A stretch of DNA of 64,000 bases, from the NCBI GenBank assembly GCA_048013815.1, contig CM106585.1, positions 11,470,001-11,534,000 on the forward strand. The letters run 5' to 3'. The notes under the pieces are model-generated. The model was given only the letters and a program-made list of their open reading frames with translations, ran no database searches and was not told the origin of the DNA. Position numbers and translations under genes: made by a program. The first letter of the stretch is position 1, and every line of letters starts with the position of its first letter. Shown one piece after another: positions 25,921-39,012 of this stretch. The stretch comes from Setoptus koraiensis (taxonomy: Eukaryota; Animalia; Arthropoda).

Positions 25921-28900
25921 GATCCTCGGGGGATCCCAAAATGTGTCACTAAATGGTCCCCCCGAATTCACCTGGTATATACTGAACACACACACCCAGA
26001 GGGTGCGGGGGGGAGGGGGGGGCGGGTGGGGGGGAGGGCGGTGGGGGAGGGGGGTAGGGGCGGGGGAGGCGGATGGGGGTCGGGGGGGGGGGTGGGGAGA
26101 CCATCGCACGTGAGGGGGGGGGGGGGGGGGGGGGCGTGATAATCGAGTCTGACCAATCTGCTACTACTTCACATACATGTCTTACGCAAGCTCTGTCTCG
26201 AATCAGTGGACGCACATGGTATATAAGCCAGGCATCGTGGAGAAGCTTAGATGCTTTATCAAATGTCAATCGAAATAATGTCATATTACATAATCAATAA
26301 CTGTCTGGGCCGATATTTGCTCACTACTTCTCTACAAACAGAATTATTTCTGACACGGAAAATGTAAGTTTCAAATCAGAAGTATATGCTGCGATTCTGT
26401 CCACCAGGGACGTTGAGAGCAGTATTTATTAATATAAACTGCAAGAAATGTCGTTCAGCATTATCATATTCTCATCTATCCAACATTACCTTCCTGCATC
26501 GTACACTCGCTCTCATTACAAAATCAATACTAAATGAAATTACATCCATCAGAATAAATTCAATGACAATCAACATAACTACTACTCCATGGCAACGAGC
26601 GACAAATAATTATGGTTTGTCGGTCTATATCCACGTGTAACTCGACAAAACAAACCTCTACTTACTACAGGCATTATAATATCATATCTTGTGGTTCCTC
26701 TTGTTAACTGTACTGTATCTCAGCACGACCTGAATCTATTCTTACTTGCAGTTCCACTTGCATACCAGGGGGCGAGGCAATCTTCACAAGTAGAACAACT
26801 GACCCAACTTGCACAGCCAGAAATGAAGCAGCGCAAAGAACTTTTCAACTCGGTATAACACATCCTGATTGTATCATACTCTTTCAGTAAAGGTGTGGTT
26901 GGTGCGATCATCGCCCACGTGTGCGCTTACTACCTATAGGATAGGAAATTGAAGACTAACAAGAGCCTAAACCACTATCGACTGTAACATACGGTCTAAA
27001 AGCACTTTAACGACTAACACTCACAAAAGAAGGCCCAATAATATTATATATGTGGTAGTCTGAACATAGCCCCACCCCCCCATCGCTCCCCCCAAGATAA
27101 TTTCCCACCCACCACACACACACCCACAACATTGACGCGTCGCACTAGGATTTCGTTGGCAGTCTTTCTCTCCCTATCTAGAGAAATCACGTGCCAACAT
27201 TTTGTAAGTGTTTTATCATATTAGATTTGCCGAAGAATTGTGCGCCTTATTTCCGTACCAACAGCCGACGACACAGTCTAATGAAGGCAACAGGTGAGCT
27301 AGCACGTCAATTTTTATTGATATTGTCAGTGATTTTTCAGGACCCAGAGCCTCGTCCGCGGCAGCAGCACCCAACGGTTTCCAACATTCTCAGCATGTTT
27401 CCTTTGGTTGAAGAAGTGATTCAGTCTCGGAACTACCACGATCAATTCTTATGATTATATATAAAGGCATATAGAAAGAGTAGCTCATCAACACAGTGGG
27501 CTACTTAGCAGGCTAGGCGGGGGCCGGTAGCCCGGGAAACGCCCTCTCGAGGAATTGCTCCAGCATCATGGCAGTAAGGCGACCTCATACGTCACGCAGC
27601 TTTCTTGGCGTCTAAATATAATCGCCTCATCCAAATATATCTCAAATAGTATATAGCGCTCTCCGTAATCTTAACGCTATATACGTAGGAATGATCATAC
27701 GACTCTATATACTAGCATACATGCTACAAAAACTATCTGCAAAGTCCATCACGCAGGCTTGGCTTCACACATGTATTGGATACACCAAGATAATATACAC
27801 TACTAAGAGAGGTGTGGCTATAACTCTCCCAACTCCTATCTCTAAGCTCAATACTCCTCTAGACCGATTCGGCAGGATACCCAAATTTCGTACTCGGCAC
27901 CGATACAAGAACCACATAATAAATTGCACTCTGACGCCTGAGCAGTTGTAAAGCCTCGGACAAAGTGAGGCAGAGTCACCTCTCGAGATTGAGCGGTCAG
28001 ATTAGGACATACACTCCGTAGAGCGCAAATATACTCAGTATCGCGAATAAATGCAACTAGCTTATATGGAAGGGAGGACATATTGTAGTATTTACAATGA
28101 TATAAGTTATATACAATTGAATGTTAGTGCTAGACGGTTCGTGGATATGCCTACCGTATTGTACTCCATCTGCCTACTTCCGCTACGTGTAACGTGTGAC
28201 CTATCAGAGAGTTTCTCCTCTTCTGCTATTTGGACCCAACGATAGCCAAATCGTTGGCTAAATGCTTTGCAGCTATGCACCACCCGTGACAAAGGCTACC
28301 AAGATCAGCGCGACAGTGATTATATATTGACGAGGTCGCATCCCCGCTTAAAGAGGCTTTCCAAGACATGGTTCTGATAGTTTGGCGTCGATTCCTCATA
28401 CATATTTATCAAGCCGAATTGTAGGCATCTAATCCATTCTATGTCAATATAATCACATACCAACTACTCTTGCGCAGCGAATTTAGTGAATGATAGACAC
28501 AAAGAGAGATGAGTAGTTCTATGATCCCGCAACGTGCTCAGTGAGAATTTCGGCTTTAATAAAGGGGATGCGGGGGTCTAAAACCATCACAGCTCATAAG
28601 ACACTGCTTTGTCTGAGCACTCGAGTAGCTCGTCAACTATAAGCGCAAACTCGGCAGATAGTCTCATGTGCATCCTTCCTAGATCATACGATTATACAAT
28701 TTCAGCCATTGCCATCGCTTCAGGTTCTCAATGAACGTCGTCGATGTTCCAGCAGATCTGTTAAGGCTTAGATAACATCAACAAGTACAAATCATTTTTA
28801 TTTATTGAGCTAGCAATAGATTCATTACAGGATGCAAGCGATTTAGACAAGTCCCAGGTATAGTCAGATGCAAGATGTTACAAGTGTGCTTCAGATTCTA

Positions 28901-31728
28901 CTACGCTTTAGAAACAGCGTAGAATAGGCTAATTCCTATAGGTTTAGTCCACAAGCTTGTAGCCAAGACATAAATACTGGAGAACCTTGCTATAGGTAAT
29001 CACCAACCAGTTGCTAACTATATTCTACATTACACTTACCCCACGGCGATGCCCAGTATTCGAAGAAAAGTAGACGACAACCACTAAATGCTCCAGCAAT
29101 GAATTCTTTACACAATCATCCCGCATCTCCTATATAACGATCAAACTAGCCAATGGCCTCATCATTGACCAACAGGTTCACATCTTGAACACACATAACA
29201 GGTCCCGAAATAAACTCAGTACGTTTACTTGACCATCATTTACGCTTCAAATCGTTCGAAATAACAGTTGCCGCAAACACCATGTTCACGCATCTATAGG
29301 ACTTCATGACATAGGTAAATAATGTACATCGAATCTGCACTAACAACATTTTATCCCTCAATCGTAACTTACAGCAGTAATTAACGAATCTCAGCGTCCA
29401 CACACTACTGAATTGTTTTCTGCATTTACCAACAGATGCCCAACTCAGTCATGTACAGACCTAAGATCCACTCTCTGGCAAGTCACTCGCTCTTACCACG
29501 CCTGCTTAGAAAACTTGATTAACCTACATCTACAACAATATCGTTAAACACTCTCCGAAAGCAAGACTACGTCAAAATCATGCATTATGATTCTTGTACT
29601 CGCAAATGATGTAGCACTCCACAGCCACGGCCATACTCGTTCAAGAGAATTTCTTCGTCAATCCACAATCACCCCACATCATATCTTCACTCATATCATG
29701 CTGGCCTGAATCTCCAGTTACTAGTACTAACGTCGACCGTGACATGGCCAAAAACGAAGTCTAGAAGTTCTATTAAGTAACGCCCGATTAGCGCACTCGG
29801 ATAGATCAACTAACGATTCGTTTCACATGTTTTTTCTGTATCGTATCGCCTTCGGGATGGGGAGGCAGGGGGGGGGGGGGCCATCGACACGGGTTGTAAT
29901 CTTTGGGGGGGGGGGGGGTCTGGTGGTCCATCTGTTGTTGAAGAGTGAATGACGTAGAGGAAATTTAGCTCTTGTCGGTTATCTCTGGAAACCGATATCG
30001 TCGCCAGTTTAGTAAGAGATAAGTCTATTTGAATCATAAGTCAAGTTGTAATAGACTAACTCGCGGAATACGTACCAAGTACTCGCAACTCGTCCCAACA
30101 ACGCAATGCACAACTATTTAACAGTCTTACCTAATGAAATCCTAACATCCATGAGCGCGTTACTCCTATTCCACGTCACGGAGGTGAAGCTTCTGACCCA
30201 TCTACACTGTCCGAGGCGCCTACCAAAATCATCACACTATTAAACGTAAATTGTCGGATAAACTGCAGCGCGCCACATAACTCACGGCACTGTTGCTCTC
30301 GATCAAATCATCGTTAAAGTGTATAGTCTGCTTATTTTAAGAGGGTGGGTACGTACGATACACAGAAGAGTTAAGGTAGTTCTGCGACATTCTCACTTGA
30401 TAATGCTCTGATGATCTTTTATTTGCCTGGCGATCGAATCCCTTATTCCGTTGGCTTCGTCGGCTGCGCGGTGGTACGCCGATTGGAAAAGCTAATCTCC
30501 TCTATTCGCCTTCGCGTGACCGTTCATTCTACTCGCCATAAACCCTCCGTCGTCGCATGTCGACAGTGTCTATGGATTGTGATATTATTGAAAAGGGGGG
30601 GGGGGGTGGTCGCGGTTGTGAGTTAGTTGTGGTGGGTGATTGGAGGTGGTTTAGGGTCAGATATGGATGGTGAGGGGTAAAACAGTTAATTATTCTTAAT
30701 ATTTATAATATTATTTGAAAAAATAAAATTTTTAATATAGTTGTGATATGTATGGAGGTTAAAGTTCGTTGTTAATATTAGTATCTTTACAGTTTGTATG
30801 ATTTGATAAGATGATCGTTGAGAATATTATTCTGATTTATTGAGTTTGTTGATGGTGTATATGTTAGAGGTTAGATGTTGGGTAAGTTGTAGTTGAGTGA
30901 AGAGTGGGTATTAGATATCACTATAACTAGAAATATAAGGATCAAGTCTGTGAGGGGGGGGAATTTTTGTTGAGAAGATTGACGGGTAATATTTAGGCTT
31001 GTGTGATTATGTCTTTGAGGATATTACGCTGATGTCCTAGTAGACTGAAGGGTCGTAAATAAGAGTTATGTTTAATCGTGTTCATATCTATATGTAAATA
31101 TGGTTGAGCATTTTTTCTGCACATATTCTAGCATTATGGACTGATGTGTATATTGGTTCAACAGAGGGGGAAGGTGTCATGGAGTTGGGGTTTGTAGAAG
31201 AGGATGATGTTGTGTGTTGATGCTGAGAGTGTGTTGAGGGGAGGTGTGGAGTTGGAGGGTGGGTTTGAAGAGAAGACAGATTTTTAGAACTTTCGAATAA
31301 TTCTTTATGCACATCACATCGACAGCAAATTCCTGAACCATTGACAATGTACAAATAATAATATTAAAGTGGAAAAAGAACCAACCTGTATCTGATCTAT
31401 TTACTCTCATTGTCATAAAGTAATGAATAACCTCTACAAAATTAATTTGGAGGACTGAAAAAGCTGATGACGATCCGGGTCCAAAATTCAAACACTTACA
31501 ACTTCGAAATGGAACATCTGAAGACGAAAATTCTAAAAACAACATCTTTTTGCATCTTTTTTCATCCCGCGCCGCTCCAATCATATTCCGACTGAGTGCG
31601 TCCTTTGACGGTGAAAGTTGTTTGGTCCTCTTTTTTTTCCGTGTCTTATTTGCACTTACATGGCTGAGTAACACGACCTATCTTATATTCTCTTCTAGTA
31701 TCTCTATCTGTTATATGGACAAACAAAT
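25921..31728. other. Error-rich redundant sequence, collinear with ~37,465-41,320 (probable unpolished long-read contig end)
   Basis: Recognisable blocks match in order with many insertions: 26.15-26.6k to 37.5-37.9k; 27.2-27.45k to 38.23-38.43k; 28.4-28.5k to 39.0-39.1k; 31.3-31.73k to 40.95-41.32k. It has long G/C homopolymers and no intact ORF. Confidence 0.85.
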
Positions 31729-32228
31729 NNNNNNNNNNNNNNNNNNNNNNNNNNNNNNNNNNNNNNNNNNNNNNNNNNNNNNNNNNNNNNNNNNNNNNNN
31801 NNNNNNNNNNNNNNNNNNNNNNNNNNNNNNNNNNNNNNNNNNNNNNNNNNNNNNNNNNNNNNNNNNNNNNNNNNNNNNNNNNNNNNNNNNNNNNNNNNNN
31901 NNNNNNNNNNNNNNNNNNNNNNNNNNNNNNNNNNNNNNNNNNNNNNNNNNNNNNNNNNNNNNNNNNNNNNNNNNNNNNNNNNNNNNNNNNNNNNNNNNNN
32001 NNNNNNNNNNNNNNNNNNNNNNNNNNNNNNNNNNNNNNNNNNNNNNNNNNNNNNNNNNNNNNNNNNNNNNNNNNNNNNNNNNNNNNNNNNNNNNNNNNNN
32101 NNNNNNNNNNNNNNNNNNNNNNNNNNNNNNNNNNNNNNNNNNNNNNNNNNNNNNNNNNNNNNNNNNNNNNNNNNNNNNNNNNNNNNNNNNNNNNNNNNNN
32201 NNNNNNNNNNNNNNNNNNNNNNNNNNNN
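31729..32228. other. Scaffold gap, 500 N
   Basis: Run of N read directly. Confidence 1.
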
Positions 32229-35200
32229 TATCATAAGGAAGAAAAACCTAATAAGAATCAATGGCGAAAAGGCTAACATCTCATAAATAAAAAATATAAG
32301 GAAATGAACGTCTTTGTGAGTTTCAATTCCCTTGTGAGAGTATATTTTATTCTTGCCCCGAGTATACTTAATTATCGCTTATACTATCAATAAGCTGGCA
32401 AAGTGGGACTGTAATCAGAAAACACAATCTAGGTCGATATTAAGTTATAGTCTGGAGAGACGATTAAATCCTAAGGAAATTCCGATTGACAGTATTACTA
32501 AAACCATGTTTAGGATGCACCTCTTAAAAGTCATCCGGTGGACAGAGTATTGCGCATCCGATTGCGATCATTTGACGCAAACACAATTTCTAAGGAACCC
32601 TTTCTTAATATTGGATCTTATATCTATAGTTGAACTGCGTCAGGCATGACAAGGGCAAACCCGTATGGAAGGATATGCCTGATTTGAAACACTTAGGATG
32701 GCTACATTAGGAGATAGACTTTTTGTGCGGCGGTGCGCGTACGGGATACAAAGTGAATATGTTTAATTTAGGTGCGCTCAGTGTTGGCCGGGGTGAATGT
32801 GTGGGACTCGGTCACGGGGGGGTTATTGGGGATTTAAGTGTGTCTCGATAAAGCACTATTAACAGATAATAGTTGCATCGTGTTAATTGAGGTGATAGGG
32901 ACTTCAACTTGTTCTATAACACTACCAATTTCGTATGATCCCAAGATAGTCTCATAAAAAATTTATCAATGCCTTACGAAATTTTCTGCGGATTACTTCG
33001 TCGTATCCTACTGAGATACCTGGCAAAAGTTGAGAGAGACAAGTGATGGTTTGTTATTCGGGTTGTGCGCAGTAAGATGGGCCTGTTGGCTATTGTGGTG
33101 GTGAGCAATGTGTTAGGTGTGTGCCACTGGGTATCGAGAGGTTTTATCAGGGACGTGGGCGGAGGTTTCTTATGGTTTGTTTAGACTCTTGTTGGTGGAT
33201 AATATTCACTGCTAGTTCGACTTTAAACTTCTTGTGACGAGCGGGGGGCTTTCATCAATATACCCTTGGCCTGGTTAGTTGGGACAGAGATATTTTGGAT
33301 TAATATTGATTCCTTAAAGTTGTAGCATTTAGACAATCTAGAACGTCAACAACGTCGAACCACACGTCGTTACGACCGTCGAGGGAAGATCGGAAAGTCG
33401 CAAGATCTAGCATGGTCTGAAAAGAGTTCAAACTAGGAAATAACGGGGATATAGCGTTTGGGGCTACAATCACGAAATGTTTTAGCGCGGAATTGGTAAT
33501 CCCAGCTAGACCAAGTAGAAATTCGGATGAAATGCACACTTACAGAATTTAGAGTATGGACTGATTTGTCCAGCAGCAGGTGTAGAAATTTAGGTTTGGC
33601 CCATTGTGTTTTATATAGGATCATGATGGTAGTTCATTTAAGTAGCGAGGTAATTAAAAAGGCACGCCAAATGGTGTGTCTCCCGTGTAACTGGATTGTT
33701 TACTCTAGGCTCATGTCTTGTGTCAGTTTAACCAATAATGATCAGCTATGAACAATTTATTGTTCTTCTTGTCGCCAAACGAATTTGCTTGCCAGCTCCC
33801 TATTGACAGTACGAGTTTAATGGCATCCCCCTCTTGTGGTATGTTTAGCAAATTTCGATTGTCGTTTTTCAGATCTTTGCTTGCGAGTTCTTGGAAATCA
33901 CCTCTTTTACTAAAAACTAAACTTTACTAAAAAACTGATATATTTTGACGAAGAAAAGAGTAGAGGCCAACCTTGTTGGAAACATTCCCACGCAGAAATA
34001 AGCTAGCCGTGTATTCCATCCACCGTGAAGTTTTCTATCTTTAAAATTCATTAGGAATTGATTCCGTGAGGTCGAGCACACCTCTTCAACACCAAAGGGA
34101 GAAACATCCTCGTATTGTTGGAATCGGGTATGATAGTGCCAGCGACCGTGGCCTGGAGTCAGTTAAAATACACTATTTCAGATAAGAATCGACCGTGCTT
34201 ACTTTGACCATCAAGTCCGCGGCGTGGTGGACGGGAATTTGACTGACATACTTGAGGACAGGGCTTATGTTTAATGAAAAATAATTTTTACAATGGAGAT
34301 GTATATGAATTTTGCTAGATGATCGGCTTTGTTACAGCTGCTAGTTGTATCGTCGGGGTTTCCATTTTTTGTGGGGAGGGAGGGGGGGGGGGGTGATTTA
34401 TGGGGGTATTGTTTGAGTTGATTACGTTTAAGGGAGATTGAATGGGGATTGCAAAAGAATCGAACGCTGAGACTGTTTGGGGTTCAGACACAAACAAACT
34501 TACGAACTATGGATTACATTCAAGTTTTAGAAAATAGTCTTTCCTACTCATTTTCATGATGTCTCATATTCTGGTCAAAGTGGTTCACGTGAAATTTGAT
34601 TGCCCGAACTGAAGTGCAAACGAAAATTATCTCGGAACAGTTCGATAACAAGAGGAAACCACACAACACAAGAATGAAATACTATTAATGGGCAGAGTAG
34701 AGGTTTTCTTAAAGTACAGTAATAGCCACGACAAAAACCCATATTATTTTACGCATCATATAATTATTTGCATAATTTCTTTTTAGGGAATTGACCTGCC
34801 CGATCAATTCTCTTGCTCATATTGGTTTTTGGTAATGAGCCCCGAGTGTCCATCAGGAAAATGACCGGAGATGGAATTTGATAACGGAATACCATTATGG
34901 ATATGTATATTTTAAAGCTCATATACTGTTACAGCAAATAGCAGAATTTTATTCGGTTTGTATACTGTTACATGTTTCCGTGGCAATTTCTGTGTAGACT
35001 GTATGAGATCAATATTTAATTCGCCCAAGAAAACTGTATGATATTATTTTGAACAATTTTTTCCGATCGGTCACCCGAGCTAGATACTCGTGTACTGTAA
35101 TATACAACCCTTCTGCGTCTCCATCTACATCCCTGGAATATACCCCCTAATCCGACGCCATGGCGCTATGATCACTGGGCTACATGATACGGTCCAGATC

Positions 35201-37260
35201 TTAAGACATGATTGAGTAGACAGGAATTGCATACAGATACTCACCAGCCAAAAACCATGGAAGGAATTTGAAGATCAGTCAAACAGAGAAAAAAAACAAA
35301 AGCGACATATTTATTGCACCGACAAGTAATTTCGGTTACATAAAATTGAAAGACCGGATATTGGTCGCTATGGGACTAGCCTATATGAAGGATGTCGGTG
35401 TTGAGTTACATAACAAGGCGGTAATTACGAGTTGGAGAGCGTAATTCCGAATACTTTCGCAGGTACGGGCCCGGAGCGGGGGGATTTATTGGAGGGGTGT
35501 GATGTAAATCAGAGGACATTTTCGGAGATGCTGCTTGGTGATGAGGTATATTTTGAGAAACTTTTAATAGGGAGGATTAAAGGCAGTCCTAACAAATAGG
35601 GATAGATATTGAGTATCTGAGTGATTTAGAGATCAGTGGGCTGTTGGGCAGGAGTGGGGGCATTTTTTCAGCTTGTTTGTGTGCTAAGGTTGGGTTTACA
35701 GGCATTGGGAGGAAGTGTGGGTGTGGGTAGGTGGTGTGCTTTAGATCAAGAATGCCATGATAAGTGAAGAGGGTGTAGGTGTGCAGCTGAGGCGGGGTGC
35801 GAGGAGGAATGGGATCGAGTGGAGTTATAGCGGGAGTTGTGATAGACGCTTTGACACCATCTTCGTAAATCTGGGTTGAGTCTGTTCTAGCCATGACATA
35901 CAAGTGTACCACTGGGATCGCCAGAGAATTGGATGAACTATATCGGCAAAGCAAACGAGAATTTACAACAAAGGAATGAAAAATATTGGTCGCCGTTGAC
36001 GACAAGACTTTCGACCATCATGGGGGAATATTGTCTCCTTCCGGCATACAACATCCAGTCGATGCCTTTAGTCGTATGCGAACAAAATGAGAATTCGCAT
36101 TGACTAATCGCGGCCATAGTTTGATACCCTTTTAGAAATGGTTACCGAGTTGCCGAACGATTCTCTGGTCGATTAAAGAGATACTTCAAACGACTATCGG
36201 ATTTGGGGTTTGGTGAACCGAGGTTGGCGGCAGGGGGGACTGGGGGTATCTGGCTACTGTGGGTGTCATAGTGAGGATCAGTTGGCAATCCGCCTGACAG
36301 CTGTGTTAGTTTGTTGTATTGAAGACGTGAACTTGAGTTATACATTATAGTGAATAAAGGAATCATGACACTAAGATAAGGGTATCCATCTTAAGTATAT
36401 TTCCAAATTAAAGATAGTCGTTGTATTACGTTTTCGCTTTTACACCTTTTTAATTGACCCATAATACGTTATCTTTTGTAAGCGCATCTCGGTGATTCCT
36501 TGGGTATTGAAATAGGGTATCAACATGGCCAGCGATAAGTCCCCAATCGAAATCTACAAAGTTTCTCGTTTTCCCTTAACGACTAACCAAGCACAAGCAA
36601 TCGACTGGTTTGGTATCGGTATTTTGGATACCAATAATTTCCAGCATGATTGATGCTAGTCGAAACGAAATCTCGAAAAGTTTCCTTGTCAGAAGTCAAA
36701 CGGCCGATAACAAAGAGTTTTAAATGCCTTTTGTTATAAATTGTAGTTGTGATTCGTAATTGTGTTACTGGCTATTCTAATGGCGAATCCCAAGTTGTAC
36801 ACTTTGCTTATTGCTAAAACAGACAAAAAATTAGGATGAATTGGTCTTGCAACGTCTAGAAATAGAAAGATTGTTATAAGGATCGGCCGATCTAACTGCC
36901 CCAAGGGAAAAGGAGGAAGAAAAAAAAAATAGGGCGGAGAAAAATATATAAAGAGTATAACGTGGACCGAAGGAGAGCTCACGTATTCTGTTGTGATGGG
37001 ACTGTTGACGGGTGTGGGGTGGTTTATGCCTGTCATTATCAAATATAGCGAAAGGAATATTGCCACACCGAAGTTATTAAATAGACGTTATAACCACCCG
37101 TTAACAAAACACCAAATGAGCTCGTAATATACGTCGGTGGAAGAGACGGGCGGTTTCGACCATGGTGTGGTGGGGTCATGCCTTTTTTCAGTGATAATGT
37201 GGCTGCGGGGGTTTGGGGTTGTGGTGTTTGGTGGTATCCAAGTTTTCTGTACAATCGTAT
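32229..37260. other. Error-rich fold-back sequence (inverted copy of ~39,920->37,261 continuing into 25,716->25,100, then turning around near 36.2-36.4 kb)
   Basis: 32.23k matches the reverse complement (RC) of 39.82-39.92k; 33.7-34.1k matches RC of 38.38-38.72k; 34.6-35.45k is the plus-strand copy-3 N-terminus; 35.85-36.2k matches RC of 25.1-25.4k; 36.4-37.1k matches 25.1-25.6k in forward orientation. Confidence 0.85.
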
Positions 37261-38042
37261 TTGAAATCAAACAATATTTTTCCACGCTCCGCCCGTCCTG
37301 CGTTGTTCGAATTTCCGATCGTTTCCGCCTTGTTATCACACACACCTCTATAGCTAGTCCCACCAATATACGGTCTTTCAGATTTATGGTAACCGAAATT
37401 ACTTTCGGTGCGATTAAATATGTCGCTTTTCTTCTCTTGTGACATCTCAAATCCTCCAGGTTTTGGCGTGATATCGTTGCAATTCTGTCTACTCAACATG
37501 TCTTTAGATCTGACCGAATCAGTGTAGCCCATGATATAGAGCCAGGCTCGTGGGGTTAGTTTCAAACAATCGAAATAAGTCATAATTATATCATACTGTC
37601 TGGGGCGATAATTTGTGCTCATACTTCTACACAGATATTTGACACGGAAAATGTAAGTTTCAATCAGAAGTATAGCTGCGATTCTGTTCAGTAGTTGAGA
37701 GTATTTATAATATACAAATGTGTCCGTTATCAAATTCCATTTCCGCATTTCCTGGATGACACTCTCATTACAAAAACCAATAACTAATGAATTAATCGCA
37801 AGGTAAATTCCAAAAAGAAAATCAAATATTATATAGAGCAAATAATATGGTTTTTGTCGTCTATTACTTAAGAAAAACTCTACTCTGCCCATTAATATAT
37901 TCATTCTTGTGTGGTTCCTCTTGTTATCGAACTGTTCCGATGATATTTCTTGCACTTCATCGGGCAGCAAATTCACTGAACAATTGACAAATGAACAGCA
38001 GAAAATGAGAGGAAAGAATATTCTATATCTGATTGTATCCAT
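37261..38042 (-). CDS. GR-like copy 3, 5' half (ATG 38042)
   Basis: MDTIRYRIFFPLIF... is homologous to the paralog N-termini. 37261-37464 is identical to 25717-25920. Confidence 0.8.
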
Positions 38043-39012
38043 TTCGTAGTTTGTTGTGTCGAAAAATTAGTTCGCTCTTAATTAGTGATAGAAACAGGCT
38101 TCGAATTATATCTTAAACTTTAAGATCACCACACCGAACAAAAAATTATTTGTGTTAAACGACATCTTCGTGCACTGTTTCTATGGCAGATCTTCTTCAA
38201 TCAGAGATCTCAATTGTAAGTTTTTTCTTAGATTTGCCGGAAGATTGTTGCGCTTATTTCCCGTCCACCACGCACGTCTTGATGGCAAAGTAGCACGTCA
38301 TTTTTATCTGAATTAGTGATTTACTGACCCAGGCCTCGGTCCGCGGCACATCAAACCGATTCCAACATTTCAGGATGTTTCCTTTGGTTTGAAGAGTGTG
38401 CTCGACTCACGGAATCAATTCCTAATGAATAAAATAGAAAAACTTCACGGTGGATGAACACTGCGAGCTGATTTCTCGGGGGTATTCCAGCAAGGTTGGC
38501 CTCTACTCGTTTTCTTCGTCAAATATATCAAATTTTTAGTAAAGTTTAGTTTTAGTAAACAAGTGATTCCAAGAACTCGCAAGCAAAACTGAAAAACACA
38601 ATCGAATTCTAACATACACAACAGGGGGATGCCATTACTCTACGTCAATAAGGAGCGGCAGCAAATTCGGTTGGCACGAAGAAAGAACAATAATTGCATA
38701 GCTTATCATTGTAAGCTGACAAAAGTGCAAGAGTCTAGATCGGGTGATCAGCGTGAATGTTAGTCGCTAATTATGGTTCATCATAGCCATCTAATGGGCA
38801 ACATGACCCTGACCAAATCAGTCGATAACATAATGCTGTTGGATTGTCATCAATGTCTACTTGTCTACGTTGTAATGGCAGAGAGTTTTCTTTTCGGATG
38901 TAGACCAAACGTTTGCCACGTTTTCCTTATTGATCTCGCTCAAGCAGATCAGGCGACTTTCCGATCCCTCGAAGGGCGTTCGAATTGGTTCGAAGTTGGT
39001 CGAAGTTCAGAT

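Noticed and set aside
25864-26300. Gly/Pro-rich collagen- or formin-like ORFs
   Set aside because: Derived from G homopolymer noise in the unpolished segment.
31550-32279. ORFs of 228 and 191 aa spanning the gap
   Set aside because: Composed mostly of N.
26300-37260. Additional degenerate GR pseudogenes, foreign DNA or a real inverted duplication
   Set aside because: Every recognisable block maps collinearly to copies 3/4 with insertion-dominated errors, which fits raw-read sequence rather than evolutionary decay.
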